From: Mantamonas sphyraenae STR306
Lineage: Eukaryota > Protista > CRuMs
Assembly: GCA_026936335.1 (NCBI GenBank)
Contig: JAPMXV010000033.1
Location: forward strand, 124,001 to 188,000
DNA length: 64,000 nucleotides
Reading direction: 5' to 3'
Made by a program: the position numbers and the translations under genes. This document shows positions 13,576-24,605 of the stretch, one piece after another (position 1 is the stretch's first letter; each line of letters begins with the position of its first letter). The notes beneath the pieces are model-generated. The model had not been told where the DNA came from. It saw nothing but the letters and a program-made list of their open reading frames with translations, and ran no database searches.

Positions 13576-14831
13576 ATGGTACGCCCCCCCGCACAAGCGA
13601 CGACTTGGCCCCAACCTTGACACATGCACCATACCCGGCCACTCCCCACCCTGCACATCTGCTCACACGGTGCACCCTACAGAGTTCTGGAGGTTCGTTG
13701 CTGCAGTGGGCGTCCCGCGTGTGTGTGTGTCGACGCAGGGCCGTTGCAGAAAGAGAAGGCCTTCCTTTTTTTGACCTTCCTTGCTTGCGGCCCTCCGAAA
13801 GGGCGCCTGCGCGTCTGGGCCACGCTTGGGTGCACACATGGCCACGTGCGCGTTCCCACGCCCTGCCCCAGGGTCTGTGTGCACACCTGCATGCGTGGCT
13901 GTCTCTGTGCGCCCTTGCTGTGCGCCGCAGCGTCGCGGCGACGGAGTCTCGTCGTTCGCCCGCCCAGCCCTTGAATGGGGTTTTTCCCTCCCGCACTTGT
14001 GCACGCCCACACACGCACACACACTCACACTCTCGCTCACTGCCTCGTGCCCCTTTCATCGCACACCCCATCTCCTGGCTCTCCCCGTCCTTGCCAACAG
14101 TGCCCATCAACGGTAAGTCTGCCCTGGGTGTCTCGTGGAAACAATGAGATCGTTGGCCGTTGGTTCTCGTCCCGCCCTGTTGCTGACGCCTTTTTGACGG
14201 CACCCCCCCCTCTCCGCCGTTCTCCACAGACGAATGCATCAAGTACGCATCCACCACAGCCACCCATCCCAGTCTTGCTTCCCATCCCTGCCCTGCCATC
14301 GTGTGACTAACCCGCCTCGTGCCTCCCTGCAGCGAGTTCAACGAGCTCAAGGTGCGTGCTGCCTTTGTGCGATTTTCCCCTCTCAAAAAATCCCGTGATC
14401 AACACCCTTGCCACCTTTCGCCGCCTGCCGTCGCTCACACGTCACCGTGGCATGCGTGGATCCCCTTGTCCTTCCCACAGCTCGGCAAGAAGAAGCGCTA
14501 CGTGCTGTACAACATTGTCGACAACGAGATCGTGGTGGAGAAGTCGGCTGATGCTGATGCGGACTACGACGACTTCATCGGCAGCCTGCCCGAGGACGAC
14601 TGCCGCTACGCCGTCTACGACTTTGCCTACAACGAGGGTGAGGGCGACCGCAACAAGATCCTGTTCATCACCTGGGCCCCGGACAACTCGAAGGTCAAGC
14701 AGAAGATGCTGTACACCTCGTCCAAGGCCGACTTCCGCAAGAAGCTGGTCGGCGTCGGCACTGAGATCCAGGCCACCGACCTGTCGGAGATCGACTACGA
14801 GGCCGTCCTGGAGAAGGTCACCCGTGTCTAA
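13576..14831 (+). CDS. Cofilin/actin-depolymerising factor; coding exons 13576-13578, 13683-13692, 14101-14112, 14230-14242, 14333-14351, 14481-14831
   Basis: Splicing gives MSSGVPINDECINEFNELKLGKKKRYVLY...DCRYAVYDF...WAPDNSKVKQKMLYTSSK...IQATD. All junctions are GT-AG and in phase. Confidence 0.93.
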
Positions 14832-15075
14832 AAAGCCAAGGCAACACCCATTCCTTTGCTTTTCCGCACACACTGCCCGTCGCGTTTTCTGCGTCTGGCA
14901 AACCAAAAAACCCTCAGGCCACACAGCCTCCTCTGCTCTCTCTCTCTGTCTCTCTCTGTCTCTCTCTGTCTCTCTCTGTCTCTTGGTCTTTGGGTCTTGT
15001 TGTGTCACATGGGAGGGAGGCAGCGTTTGCGCACCCAACCCAACTTCCCCCTCCCTCCCTGTCCCCCCAGAGAGC

Positions 15076-16929
15076 ATGAGCGAGAAAGCCATCTGCACCA
15101 TCCGTGCCGCCGTCGTCCACTACTTTGACCACAAGAACAAGGGCTGGGTCAAGCGTGGCGACGGCCCCAGCCGTCTGGACGTGTTTGAAACCACGGGCTC
15201 CAACATCTTCCGCGTGGTCGGACGCACCAAGGGCGGTGACGTCACCCTCAACTCGCCCCTGTTTGCTGGCCTCAAATACAAGCAGGTGAAGGAAAAGTGG
15301 CATCAGTGGACCGACCAGCGCAAGACCACGTGGGGCATCAGCTTCGGCAGCGCACAGGACGGTGCCAGCTTTGCCGATGCCGTCCTCGGCGCAATCGAGG
15401 CCATCGGTCAGTTGTCCCACCTGTGCCCCCTTCCCCCCCCGCAACCTCGTCTCTGGCCTTGGCCTTTTCCATCCCCTATCCGTCTCCGATTTCCCGCCTT
15501 GCTTCCCTGCTTTTGCGTTCCCTGCCGAATTGCTCTCCTTCCTTCCTCCGCCTCTCGCTTTTTAGGTCGCCCCCTCTCTCTACCGCGATGGCCCCGCTGT
15601 CCCTGTGCCCGCACAGTCTGCACACCCACTCACACTGTGGCCGCGCACCGTTTTGTCGTTGCCCTGTGCCTGGTCTGCTCTCCGTTTTGTAGCCGGTGGA
15701 GACGTAAGTTGTCATCTCGCCCCACTCTTTTCTGATCCCTGCGCCCCTCTTTTTTTTTTTGGCTGGCTGCGTAATCCTTCCTGCACGGCGCTGTGTGCAT
15801 GGCACGCGTGTGGCATGGTGGCCCCACACCCCATGTGTGGTCTACGCCCTTCCCTGTGTACCTTTCCATCGTGCTTCGGCCGCATCTGAGGCCCCTTTCG
15901 CAGCCACTTTTGCAGCAAACGCTTGCCCCCATTTTCCCCTCTTCATTTCTCGCCGACCCACAGGGCCCTGTCGCGCACCTTGGCCGCCTTTATGCTCACA
16001 TCCAACCAACCACACATCCACATCCTTTGCATGCACCACAGTCAGGCAACAGCAACAGCAACAGCAACAGCAGCAGCAGCAACAGCAACAGTAACAGCAG
16101 CTCCAAGCAGGAGGAGCAGCCCAAGAAGGAGGCACAAACACCCAAGGCCCCGCCCCCTCCTCCCGCTGCACCCAAGGCTCCGCCTGCGCCTCCCAAGGCC
16201 CCCGCTGCACCTGCAGCACCCCCTGCACCCCCTGCACCTGGTGGAGGTGGAGGCGGAGGTGGAGGCCGTGCTGATCTCCTCAGCAGCATCCGCGCAGGCA
16301 AGTCCCTCAAGAAGGTCGACTCTGGCAGTGGTGGCGGAGGCGGAGGAGGCGGCGGCGGAGGCGGCGGAGGCGGACGTGGTGATTTGCTCAGTCAGATTCG
16401 TGCTGGTAAGAGCCTGAAAAAGGTGGATTCCGGCGATGGAGGAAGCGGCGGAGGCGGTGGAGGCGGAGGCGGTGGTGGTGGACGTGGTGATTTGCTCAGT
16501 CAGATTCGTGCTGGTAAGAGCCTGAAAAAGGTGGGAAGCGGTGGAGGTGGAGGTGGAGGTGGAGGTGGAGGAGGTGGTGGAGGCGGTGGTGGTATGTTTG
16601 GCGGGGGCATGTCGCTGCAGGATCAGCTCAAGATGGCCACGAAGCAACGCAGCAGTGGCAACCTGATGGCAGGTATGGGCAACAACAACGGCAGCAGCTC
16701 GCCCAGGAACTCGGGAGGATCACCCAAACCGGCCAAGAAGTGGGGTCCCGTCGGTGGCAGCAACAACAACAACAGCAGCACCACCACCAGCGGCAGCGGC
16801 GGCGGTGCACCTTCGGGCGATTTCCAGGCTGCCCTGGACAAGATGAAGGCCGAAATCCTCGACACCTTCAGGAAGGAGCTCGAAGAGGCCAAGAAGGAGA
16901 TCATCGACGCCATCAACGCCTCAAAGTGA
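15076..16929 (+). CDS. VASP: Ena/VASP-family actin polymerase (EVH1, Pro-rich, 3 WH2, FAB-like, tetramerisation coil); exons 15076-15406, 15693-15703, 16042-16929
   Basis: EVH1 (FRVVG...LNSPL...LKYKQ...WHQW.D...WGISF), three R.DLLS.IRAGKSLKKV repeats and C-terminal LDKMKAEILDTFRKELEEAKKEIIDAI. Confidence 0.85.
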
Positions 16930-17550
16930 CGTGGCACGAACAATACACACACACACACACACACATCATCATCATGATCATCATCGACTCATTGCTCCTC
17001 TTTGTTCTGAAGTGGGGTCCCGTCGGTGGCAGCAACAACAACAACAACAGCACCACCACCAGCGGCGGCGGCGGCGGTGCACCTTCGGGCGATTTCCAGG
17101 CTGCCCTGGACAAGATGAAGGCCGAAATCCTCGACACCTTCAGGAAGGAGCTCGAAGAGGCCAAGAAGGAGATCATCGACGCCATCAACGCCTCAAAGTG
17201 ACGTGGCACGAACAATACACACACACACACACACACATCATCATCATGATCATCATCGACTCATTGCTCCTCTTTGTTCTGAAGTGGGGTCCCGTCGGTG
17301 GCAGCAACAACAACAACAGCAGCACCACCACCAGCGGCAGCGGCGGCGGTGCACCTTCGGGCGATTTCCAGGCTGCCCTGGACAAGATGAAGGCCGAAAT
17401 CCTCGACACCTTCAGGAAGGAGCTCGAAGAGGCCAAGAAGGAGATCATCGACGCCATCAACGCCTCAAAGTGACGTGGCACGAACAATACACACACACAC
17501 ACATCATCATCATCACCATCATGATCATCATCGACTCATTGCTCCTTTTT
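16737..17550 (+). repeat. Tandem triplication of a 272-bp unit (VASP C-terminal coding segment + stop + 3' UTR)
   Basis: TGGGGTCCCGTCGG starts at 16741, 17013 and 17285. The copies differ by a few SNPs and microsatellite lengths. Confidence 0.95.
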
Positions 17551-17555
17551 TCTGC

Positions 17556-18326
17556 TCATACACACGCGAGCATGGCGTCGATTTCCCCGAGCACGAAATC
17601 CAGCGGCGTCATGCCGTTCTCCTCGTCCTCAAACAGCACCTCACGTTCCAGGATGGGCACACGCTGCACACGCTTCCCGTTGCCATCATCCTGCTCGTCA
17701 CTCGAGCCTTCTGTGTTGCCACTGCTGCTGCTTCCTGCCTGGTTTCCTCGCACGCTTCCGCTGCGCACCGATCGCGCGCCATCGTCGCCCAACACAGCGG
17801 CCACAGTGCCAATGTTCTTGTTGGACATCATCTCCAATGTGTCCAAAAGCTGTTCCACACCCTCGTCGCCTTCCTGTGTCTCGTCACCTTCGCTTGAGCT
17901 GCTGCTGCTGCTGCCGCTTCCGCTCTCCCCTCCCAGCACCGCCGCTTCGTCTCCTGTGCGCCCCAGACCCAATGCGTGGTTGTGTTCGCCTGCCTTGAGC
18001 ATGTACCGCTTGGACATGCGTCGTTCCACGTGCATCTGCGAGTCTGTCCGCAGCTCAAAGCTGAGTTTGTAGTACCCATTCTCGATTTGGTATCCCTCTT
18101 CCTCCCACTGCGTCTTGATGTCGTATGGCTTCTCATCCACGTCCACCAACCGGTCGCTGTTCTTGCCCTTGATCTCACGCAACGAAAAGTGTTGCTGGAA
18201 CTCCTTCATGTTCAGTTTCACAGCCACCTTTTCAAACAGGTCGGCCATCGTCTCATCCTTTGTCACCGGAAAGGATTTGTACCCGCCATCCTTGAACCAG
18301 ATGCGCACAATCTTGCGTTCAGACAT
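17556..18326 (-). CDS. Protein with an N-terminal Ras-association/FERM-F0/F1 ubiquitin-like domain (intact copy)
   Basis: MSERKIVRIWFKDGGYKSFPVTKDETMADLFEKVAVKLNM...FSLREI...DRLVDVDEKP has the beta-grasp RA pattern. Single ORF. Confidence 0.7.
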   Translation of the reverse strand: MSERKIVRIWFKDGGYKSFPVTKDETMADLFEKVAVKLNMKEFQQHFSLREIKGKNSDRLVDVDEKPYDIKTQWEEEGYQIENGYYKLSFELRTDSQMHVERRMSKRYMLKAGEHNHALGLGRTGDEAAVLGGESGSGSSSSSSSEGDETQEGDEGVEQLLDTLEMMSNKNIGTVAAVLGDDGARSVRSGSVRGNQAGSSSSGNTEGSSDEQDDGNGKRVQRVPILEREVLFEDEENGMTPLDFVLGEIDAMLACV

Positions 18327-18386
18327 GGGTTCGTCTGCTGTGTGTGCTGTGTGTGTGCTGTGTGTGTGTGTGTGTGTGTGTGTGTT
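18069..18386. repeat. Left copy of a ~315-bp direct repeat (partner 24584-24902)
   Basis: Aligns with the right copy at offset 6515, with 8 substitutions in the coding part. Ends in a (GT)n tract. Confidence 0.95.
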
Positions 18387-21300
18387 TTGGGGGGTCCTGA
18401 AAGGGTTTGTGTTGTCGTTGTCAGGGCACTGCACACTCATGGCGCCCCTCGCGCTCCAACAAAATCAACGCCAGCGATCATTCAAACCGTATTTTCAACC
18501 GGAAAGCTGATGTCAGTGTTGCTTTTGACATGCCTCGCCATTGGATGCGATGTTGTGACGTGCACGATGGACACGCTGCCAATAGGTGGCATGGACATGC
18601 GGGATGGAAACGAACCGTGCAAGGTGGGGGTAACTGCGTGCACGCACGTGTTGCCATACACTGCCAATATCATTGGCTCCACCACCAGACCTGTATCAAA
18701 CCGTGTGGCAGCCACCCGCCCGCTCAACAACAGCCTCTAGCGGGTCACAGGGGCACCAGCAACCCCGTTGACACTTGTATCATGGCGTAAGTTGCAAATT
18801 TATTCCCTTTTGCGCTTCCCCATGTCCACACTCTTGGTGTATGAGGCGCCAGGGGGATATTTAGACCGCGGATGAGCGTTGCATCAATTGCTGCACATCA
18901 ACAACAGGCGCATCTCGCGCCGGCACATTTCAATGCAAAATGCCTGTGCGTAGGCGTCTTGCACCCGCTTGCTTGCAAAAGAGAGAGTCCATGCGGTCGT
19001 GATGGGCCTACACATGCCAACACCGACCCTTCCCGGGCGTGACGTTGGAAACGATTGTGAGCACTCTGTCCGCGGGGGACCAGGTGATCGTAGTCGACGC
19101 TGTGTACGACAAGGTGAACAAAGGTGCGCCACGAAGTGATTGCTCGATGGGAACGACGACTGAGGCCATGGTCACGTTGAGCGACGTTGAAGAGGCGGGC
19201 GCGTGCAGCATTGTCAGAGGGAGTCCCGGGGTCAGGACGTGGTGGTCAGCAATGAATGGTCGTCCACCAATATGGGCCATGTTCAGTATGCAAAGACTGC
19301 CCGTGTTCTCTTGTGGCCAAACACGTGGGTATCCGTAGCCGGTTTCCCCCGCATCCCTCCAAGTAAACAAACACATGGAAGACGAGTTGCAGAAGCTTGT
19401 TGAGCAGGTTCCTCGGCTGCGGAGTGCCCAAGAAGATCTCGGACACATCGATCTAATCTTCACCACGCCGACAGACCCGCCTGAACCACCCGTTGTCGAG
19501 TACGCCACTGGTGTGGCCGGCAAATCGAACGACGAAGACGACGACGACGAAGACGACGGCGTACAATATGTCAGCAAAGAGCAAGTGCAGGAGTTGACCA
19601 AAGAAGCCCTGGTGGCTCTTCTTAAGTGCGCTGCGGCGACGAGTCTGCGGGGTGGCGTGGAGACTCTTGCCAAGAGGGCCACAGAGACCGTGACCGTAAC
19701 CACGTTCCTGAGGTGGAGCAAGAAACGGCTTAAAGTGGACTCCCTTGTTCACAAGGACATTAAAGCTCTGACGAGCGTGCATGGAGACGGCGACGCCCAA
19801 CAGCCATCTGACGAAATCACGCAGCAAGGTTTTGCCCAGCTACTGAGCCAGAACAAGAATGAGACGTTGATGGAAGTGGTGGTGGCATACAAGAGAAACT
19901 GGGGAGCACAGGAGACGATGAATTCTTCAGACACGACCAAGCCATCCAGCTCGAGCAGCGGAATCGGAAGTGGTAGCCGGAAAGTGGCCGGCGATGAATT
20001 CTTTGCATCTCTCGTGCCCTCCAAGTTGAACAAGAACGCCCTAATCAAAGCCTTGGGTACGATGGTGGAAGAACAACTCGCAACGTACGATGGGATTGTC
20101 AATGTGGCCAGCGAGTTGAAACAGCCGACTGAAGGGAAGAGGCGCGGATTGGCCAAGTCGCGAGAAATTTCAACACACCCCGACACACCGCCGCAGACCT
20201 GGACACCATCAAGAGCAAGGTCTGTGATTGCGACGGCATCGTGGTGGACTGCAACGTGTTTGCAGTTCAGCATGTCGATCGTTCAGGTCCACTGAGCACA
20301 CCCCTCACGTTCAACGAAACGGGCACAGTCCTTGCAGACCAGCTGGGAGAGATTTTGCAGGCATCGGACCTGCCCGTCTGCTTTGTGCGGACAGTCTCTT
20401 CCTTGGAGGAGCGCTGCAACGGAACCAACGTTTGTGTGGGTGAGCAGAAACAGTTCTGTTCCGACGTCACGGCTCATGTCACCGCCTCTGTGCTCCAGGA
20501 CCCAAACGCAAAGCACAAGAAGAAAGCAAAAGTGCTTGCTGCGAGAGAGGCCGCAGTTGCCTTGGGATTGGAGTTTTTGACGAGTGTTGTGGCGGAAGAG
20601 CGCCTGATCTCCTTGGACGAGCTGCTACAGAGCAGCACCCATTGCATTGCCATGGTGTCATCCAATGCAAAGGCCGAAACAATGATGTACAGCAAGGGCT
20701 GCCATCAGGATCTCTTCATGGTCAACGTAACCGAACCACGGCTTTTTGCAAAGCTGGCCGACGTCGACATCGACGCCGTTGAGACGCAGGAGGAAGAGGA
20801 GGAAGAGGAGGAGGGAGGCGTTGTGGTTGTGGTGGAGGACACGGACGAACGGACACGTGTGGAAGCGGATTCCAGGAACGAAGAGAATGAGGCGGATGAG
20901 GTGGGTGAAGAGGAGGGCGAGGTTGTGGTGGTGGAGATGTTGGATGGGATGGACGAGGTGGAGGCCGACGAGATGTTGGTGGAGGTTGTGGACGAGGTTG
21001 TGGACGAGGTTGTGGACCAGGACGCGGGACACACAAAATTTTGGATGCGGACCATGCAGCGGCGGGACATTGGCAGGGCCTTCCACGGCAGCGTGGTCAC
21101 GGGGATGTATGCGGGGATGACTGCACCGACGTTCAAACCCGCGGAACGCAGATCCATCTACGCCACGCTCAAGGACAACCCGGAGCATGTACCTGCGCTT
21201 CTGTGTGTTGGGCGCAAACGGAAGCAGCTAGGGCGGAATTTGGCTCTACTGCAGGCGCAAACGGTGCAAGACATGAATGGTGTGGAGCCACACGGTGCGT

Positions 21301-24300
21301 GGACGGTGGAGCAGTACATGCAGCTGGGAGGGGACACGTTTGGGAGGGACAACAACGCACTGATCAAGCAGCACCTCGCAGACGCGGCTTGTTTCCATTC
21401 GCGTGGCGTGTTGTACGACTTTACAGCCCCACTGTCTGAGTGGAACACCAGCATGGAGATCCCAGGCAAGCGCGATATAGAGCACGTGAAAGAGAAGGAA
21501 GTTGTGCGCATTCGCGTGGTGCAGGAGAACGGTGAAGCGCGTAAAGTACGTGCACACGATGTCACGCCTCACGCGTTCTTGTGCGAGGACAATAGGCGTG
21601 TGTTCAGAACGATGGAAGTCCACATGGACACGCGACAGCGTGAGGAGGAAGGCGATGCGGACGACATCGTTTTGTTGGACCCGGAGGAGGACGAGCAGGA
21701 CTCACACAGCACCAATGACGGTGAGGAAATGGAGCTGAGTGAGAGCTTGGATGGCACTGGCGACGAAGAGGAGGACAGCCTCGTGGTACAGCAGCTGCTG
21801 CACCGGGTGACGCAGCTGAAAGTTGAGCTCGATGCACACGTGGGAAGAGATCCGACAACGGTGTTGCGGCACAAGGAGATACACGAGGTCGAAAGATCAC
21901 ATGCAAACAGCCACACGGCGTCTGTGCCAGCAAGGCGACCGCCTGATCTGCTTCAGCGATTCGGTGACGATCTGGCCGTGTTCCTCGACGACGTCAAGGG
22001 AGTTGTCGTCGATGGTATCAACACTGCCATCACAGGAGGTGGTGCTACCAGCGTCCTGCCATCGGAACAAGCTGTACGCAAAGCGGCAGAGAGCGTTCGC
22101 CCATCCTGGCTGAGAGAGGGCGTCACTGCGTTGACTGGGAACCTTCTGGCAACTGTGGTTCAATGGTGTACAAGTGAGCTGCGGGCTGACATGACCAAGC
22201 ACCAAGTCGCGGTACGTTTCGGCGAGGTCATGGAGGACTGCAGGCGGCACAGCAACGGGGAGCCAACTCATGCGCACCTGATGAAAGTTGCAACGGCGAC
22301 CGTCTCTGCCCATCTGGGCTTCTCGATCAAGGGTACCACGAGGCATTGCAGAAGGCCGGTGTATCATTCACAGGGTGCGGTTTGAAAGAGTGGAAGAAGC
22401 TAGAGCGCCGCGGTGAGGCAAGGCGAAACGTGGGAGGAGTGGAACGCACACGTTCGTGCTCTCTACAAGACGGACTACATCGAGTACGTGGATGTGCTTC
22501 AGGGCCTGGACGAGCGCTACACGTATCGCGAGTTTCTGAAGAAGAAAAGGACGGAAAAGGAGAACGTGACGCCGGAGGAGATTCGTGCCTACGCCCAGGC
22601 GGGGCGACATTTCGCATCAACGTCGAAATCCTTCACCATCACCGGACCCTTTGGCCAGGGGGGGCTGGCACCTCTATTCAACAGCTGGGCAAAGCATCAC
22701 AACGTTGATTTGCAAGCAAGCACGCAGGGTGCAGCAGAGGAAAAATGGGATGATGTGGTGATGGAGGACATTTGCACACACAGTGCCATCTTCATGGTCG
22801 TCATGAAGTTTGAACAGTCCAGGGTCTGGCGCCTGCCGGCACTGAACAACAACCAAAGGGACCAGAAGATTGGCCCAGAGACACGTGCACTGTTGCCGCT
22901 TTTGCTGCTCTGGCCTACGCTGGTGGACTCCATGCAATCCAACACCCTGAAGCAGTGGGGAGGTGGCATCACTATCCAACACGAGCGTCCGATTCGTCTG
23001 GTGGTGTACCGCCCGAGCACCGTCGAAGGTGGCACATTGGGTGCAGATCTGTGTGAAATTTTGCGACCACTGAAGTCTCTGGAGGCAGCAATTGACAGGG
23101 CTGAGAAAGAGGTGTCCGGAGAGGCTGCAGCCATGCGTGCCAAGACCAAGAACAAGGACAAGGAGGACGTTGGCAAGGGGAAGAAGAAGAAACGCGAGGA
23201 AGACGAGGACGAGAGCGAGGAACACGAGCTGCAGCCGCAGCCACCATCGCTCCAGGACACCAAGCGGGCCAAACTGGATGACGCAGGCGAGGAAGACATT
23301 GTGGACATGGGAGAGAGCAGCGAGCCGATGGAAGCGGCCAAGGAACGACGATACGAGAGTGATGACAAAGACGCGACACAACACCAAGGCAGCAAAAGCC
23401 ACTCCCAGTGGAGCAAGGATCGACAGCGACAGCTGGTGAAAAAGCTCATCTCTGTTTGTACTGTGGCACACGTGTGCGGGCTTGGAGAGGAGGTCGAACA
23501 AGCGCTGGGCCACGCGCTTGCATTTCGGCATTTGGGGAAACGAGCGCAGCGCCGGGCGAGTGGACGTGCGATTCAAGACGCAGTTTACAGTGAGATGCCC
23601 TGATGAGGCTACACGGTTGATCGCGAACACAGCGTTTCTGGTCAACGACATAGGCCGAGGCAGTGACACCTTGGTGGTTTTCTTTTGGCACCAGGGGAGA
23701 TTGAGGCAAAGGAAACTGCCCTTCCCCTCACATCGAGACCTCAGGGAAAAAATGCATCTGCACCGACTGGCCAAAGTGAAGAAGGAGGACGAGCCGAAAA
23801 AGCACGGGCAGTTGCGGCGACACGGGCGTGATGTGCTGGAGAGATATGTTCTGCGCACGGTAAGGTCCGTGAGGAACGTGATGGGCGAATTTGGCCTGCA
23901 CAACATGATCTACCTTGCGCAGTCGAAGTTCTACGGAGGTTTGTCCCTCAGCACGCGCATCCACCGTGCCTTTGCGCGCAAATGGTTTGGGCCGACGTGG
24001 CAGAGTGGATGACTTCCAGTACATGCATCTGTGGAGGTGGCATTGCACACCCGCATGGGTTCAGTCTCTCGAGATGGGACAGGGTTGTGACTTGCCCTCA
24101 TTGTGCTGTGAGCCGCAACCACCACAACAAGCACACGCTGATGTATCACATGGCCCACGAAGCCGGAGGAATCACGCCCCTCTCCGACAGGGACGTCAGA
24201 GGAGCACAGGGAATCCTTGTAAGGCAGCTGCACCTATGGCTTTTTGGCAAAGAGCCCCTGTCGTTCTCGAGCCGCAATCCCAAAAAGAAGAAGCAAGAAA

Positions 24301-24583
24301 CGGCAAAGAAGCTGTGTGGAGAGAAACTCAAGTCACGAAGGAAGGCGGTCGAGGGTCCACAAGATCATGGGATGGTGGTTGAAGAGGTGGAGGTGGGGAT
24401 GAGTGAGTGTGAAACCTTCCACACGTGCTGTGTGGCATCAGGCAACCAACAACGATGATGAACGAGGATCTGCTGGGACCACTTTCACGTGCAGCCTCTC
24501 AGATAGTTCATCAGTGGCGAAGTTTACACGACGCTGCGTATTTCGTTGTTGTTCCGGATGTGCACAGCACGGTGGATTCAACA
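18387..24583 (+). mobile_element. Fanzor-type element 1 (~6.2 kb between direct repeats; no recognisable transposase)
   Basis: Interrupts/duplicates the RA-like gene, lacks host (CA)n tracts, and carries a RuvC/Zn-finger ORF set plus a terminal structured RNA. Confidence 0.8.
19375..24458 (+). pseudogene. Giant Fanzor/TnpB-like RNA-guided nuclease (~1,650 aa if joined); reading frame broken in this sequence
   Basis: Consecutive ORFs 19375, 20241, 22413, 23482 and 23982. RuvC-I FLVNDIG, RuvC-II/ZnF DVAEWMTSSTCIC, TCPHC, RuvC-III DRDVRGAQGI...GKEPLSF. Candidate intron 20057-20196 fixes the first break. Breaks near 22330-22413, ~23500 and 23981 remain unexplained. Confidence 0.78.
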
Positions 24584-24605
24584 ATAATATCCGTTTTCGA
24601 TTTGG
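24418..24605 (+). ncRNA. Putative omegaRNA (scaffold 24418-~24583 + ~20-nt guide)
   Basis: 24418-24455 (TCCACaCGTGCTGTG..CATC.GG.AA.CAACAACGA) is complementary to 24543-24576 (TCGTTGTTGTTCCGGATGtgCACAGCACGGTGGA). Inner hairpin TGATGAAC/GTTCATCA spans 24456-24513. It overlaps the ORF 3' end, as TnpB/Fanzor omegaRNAs often do. Confidence 0.7.

Noticed and set aside
16737-17550. CRISPR-like or guide array
   Set aside because: The units are whole 272-bp duplicates of coding and UTR sequence with no unique spacers.
18407-19338. Short ORFs as a possible transposase of element 1
   Set aside because: No HUH, DDE or recombinase motifs, and the composition looks non-coding.
22383-22403. Stop-codon reassignment to explain breaks in element 1
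   Set aside because: TGA, TAG and TAA all end host genes normally here, and the other breaks are frame changes.
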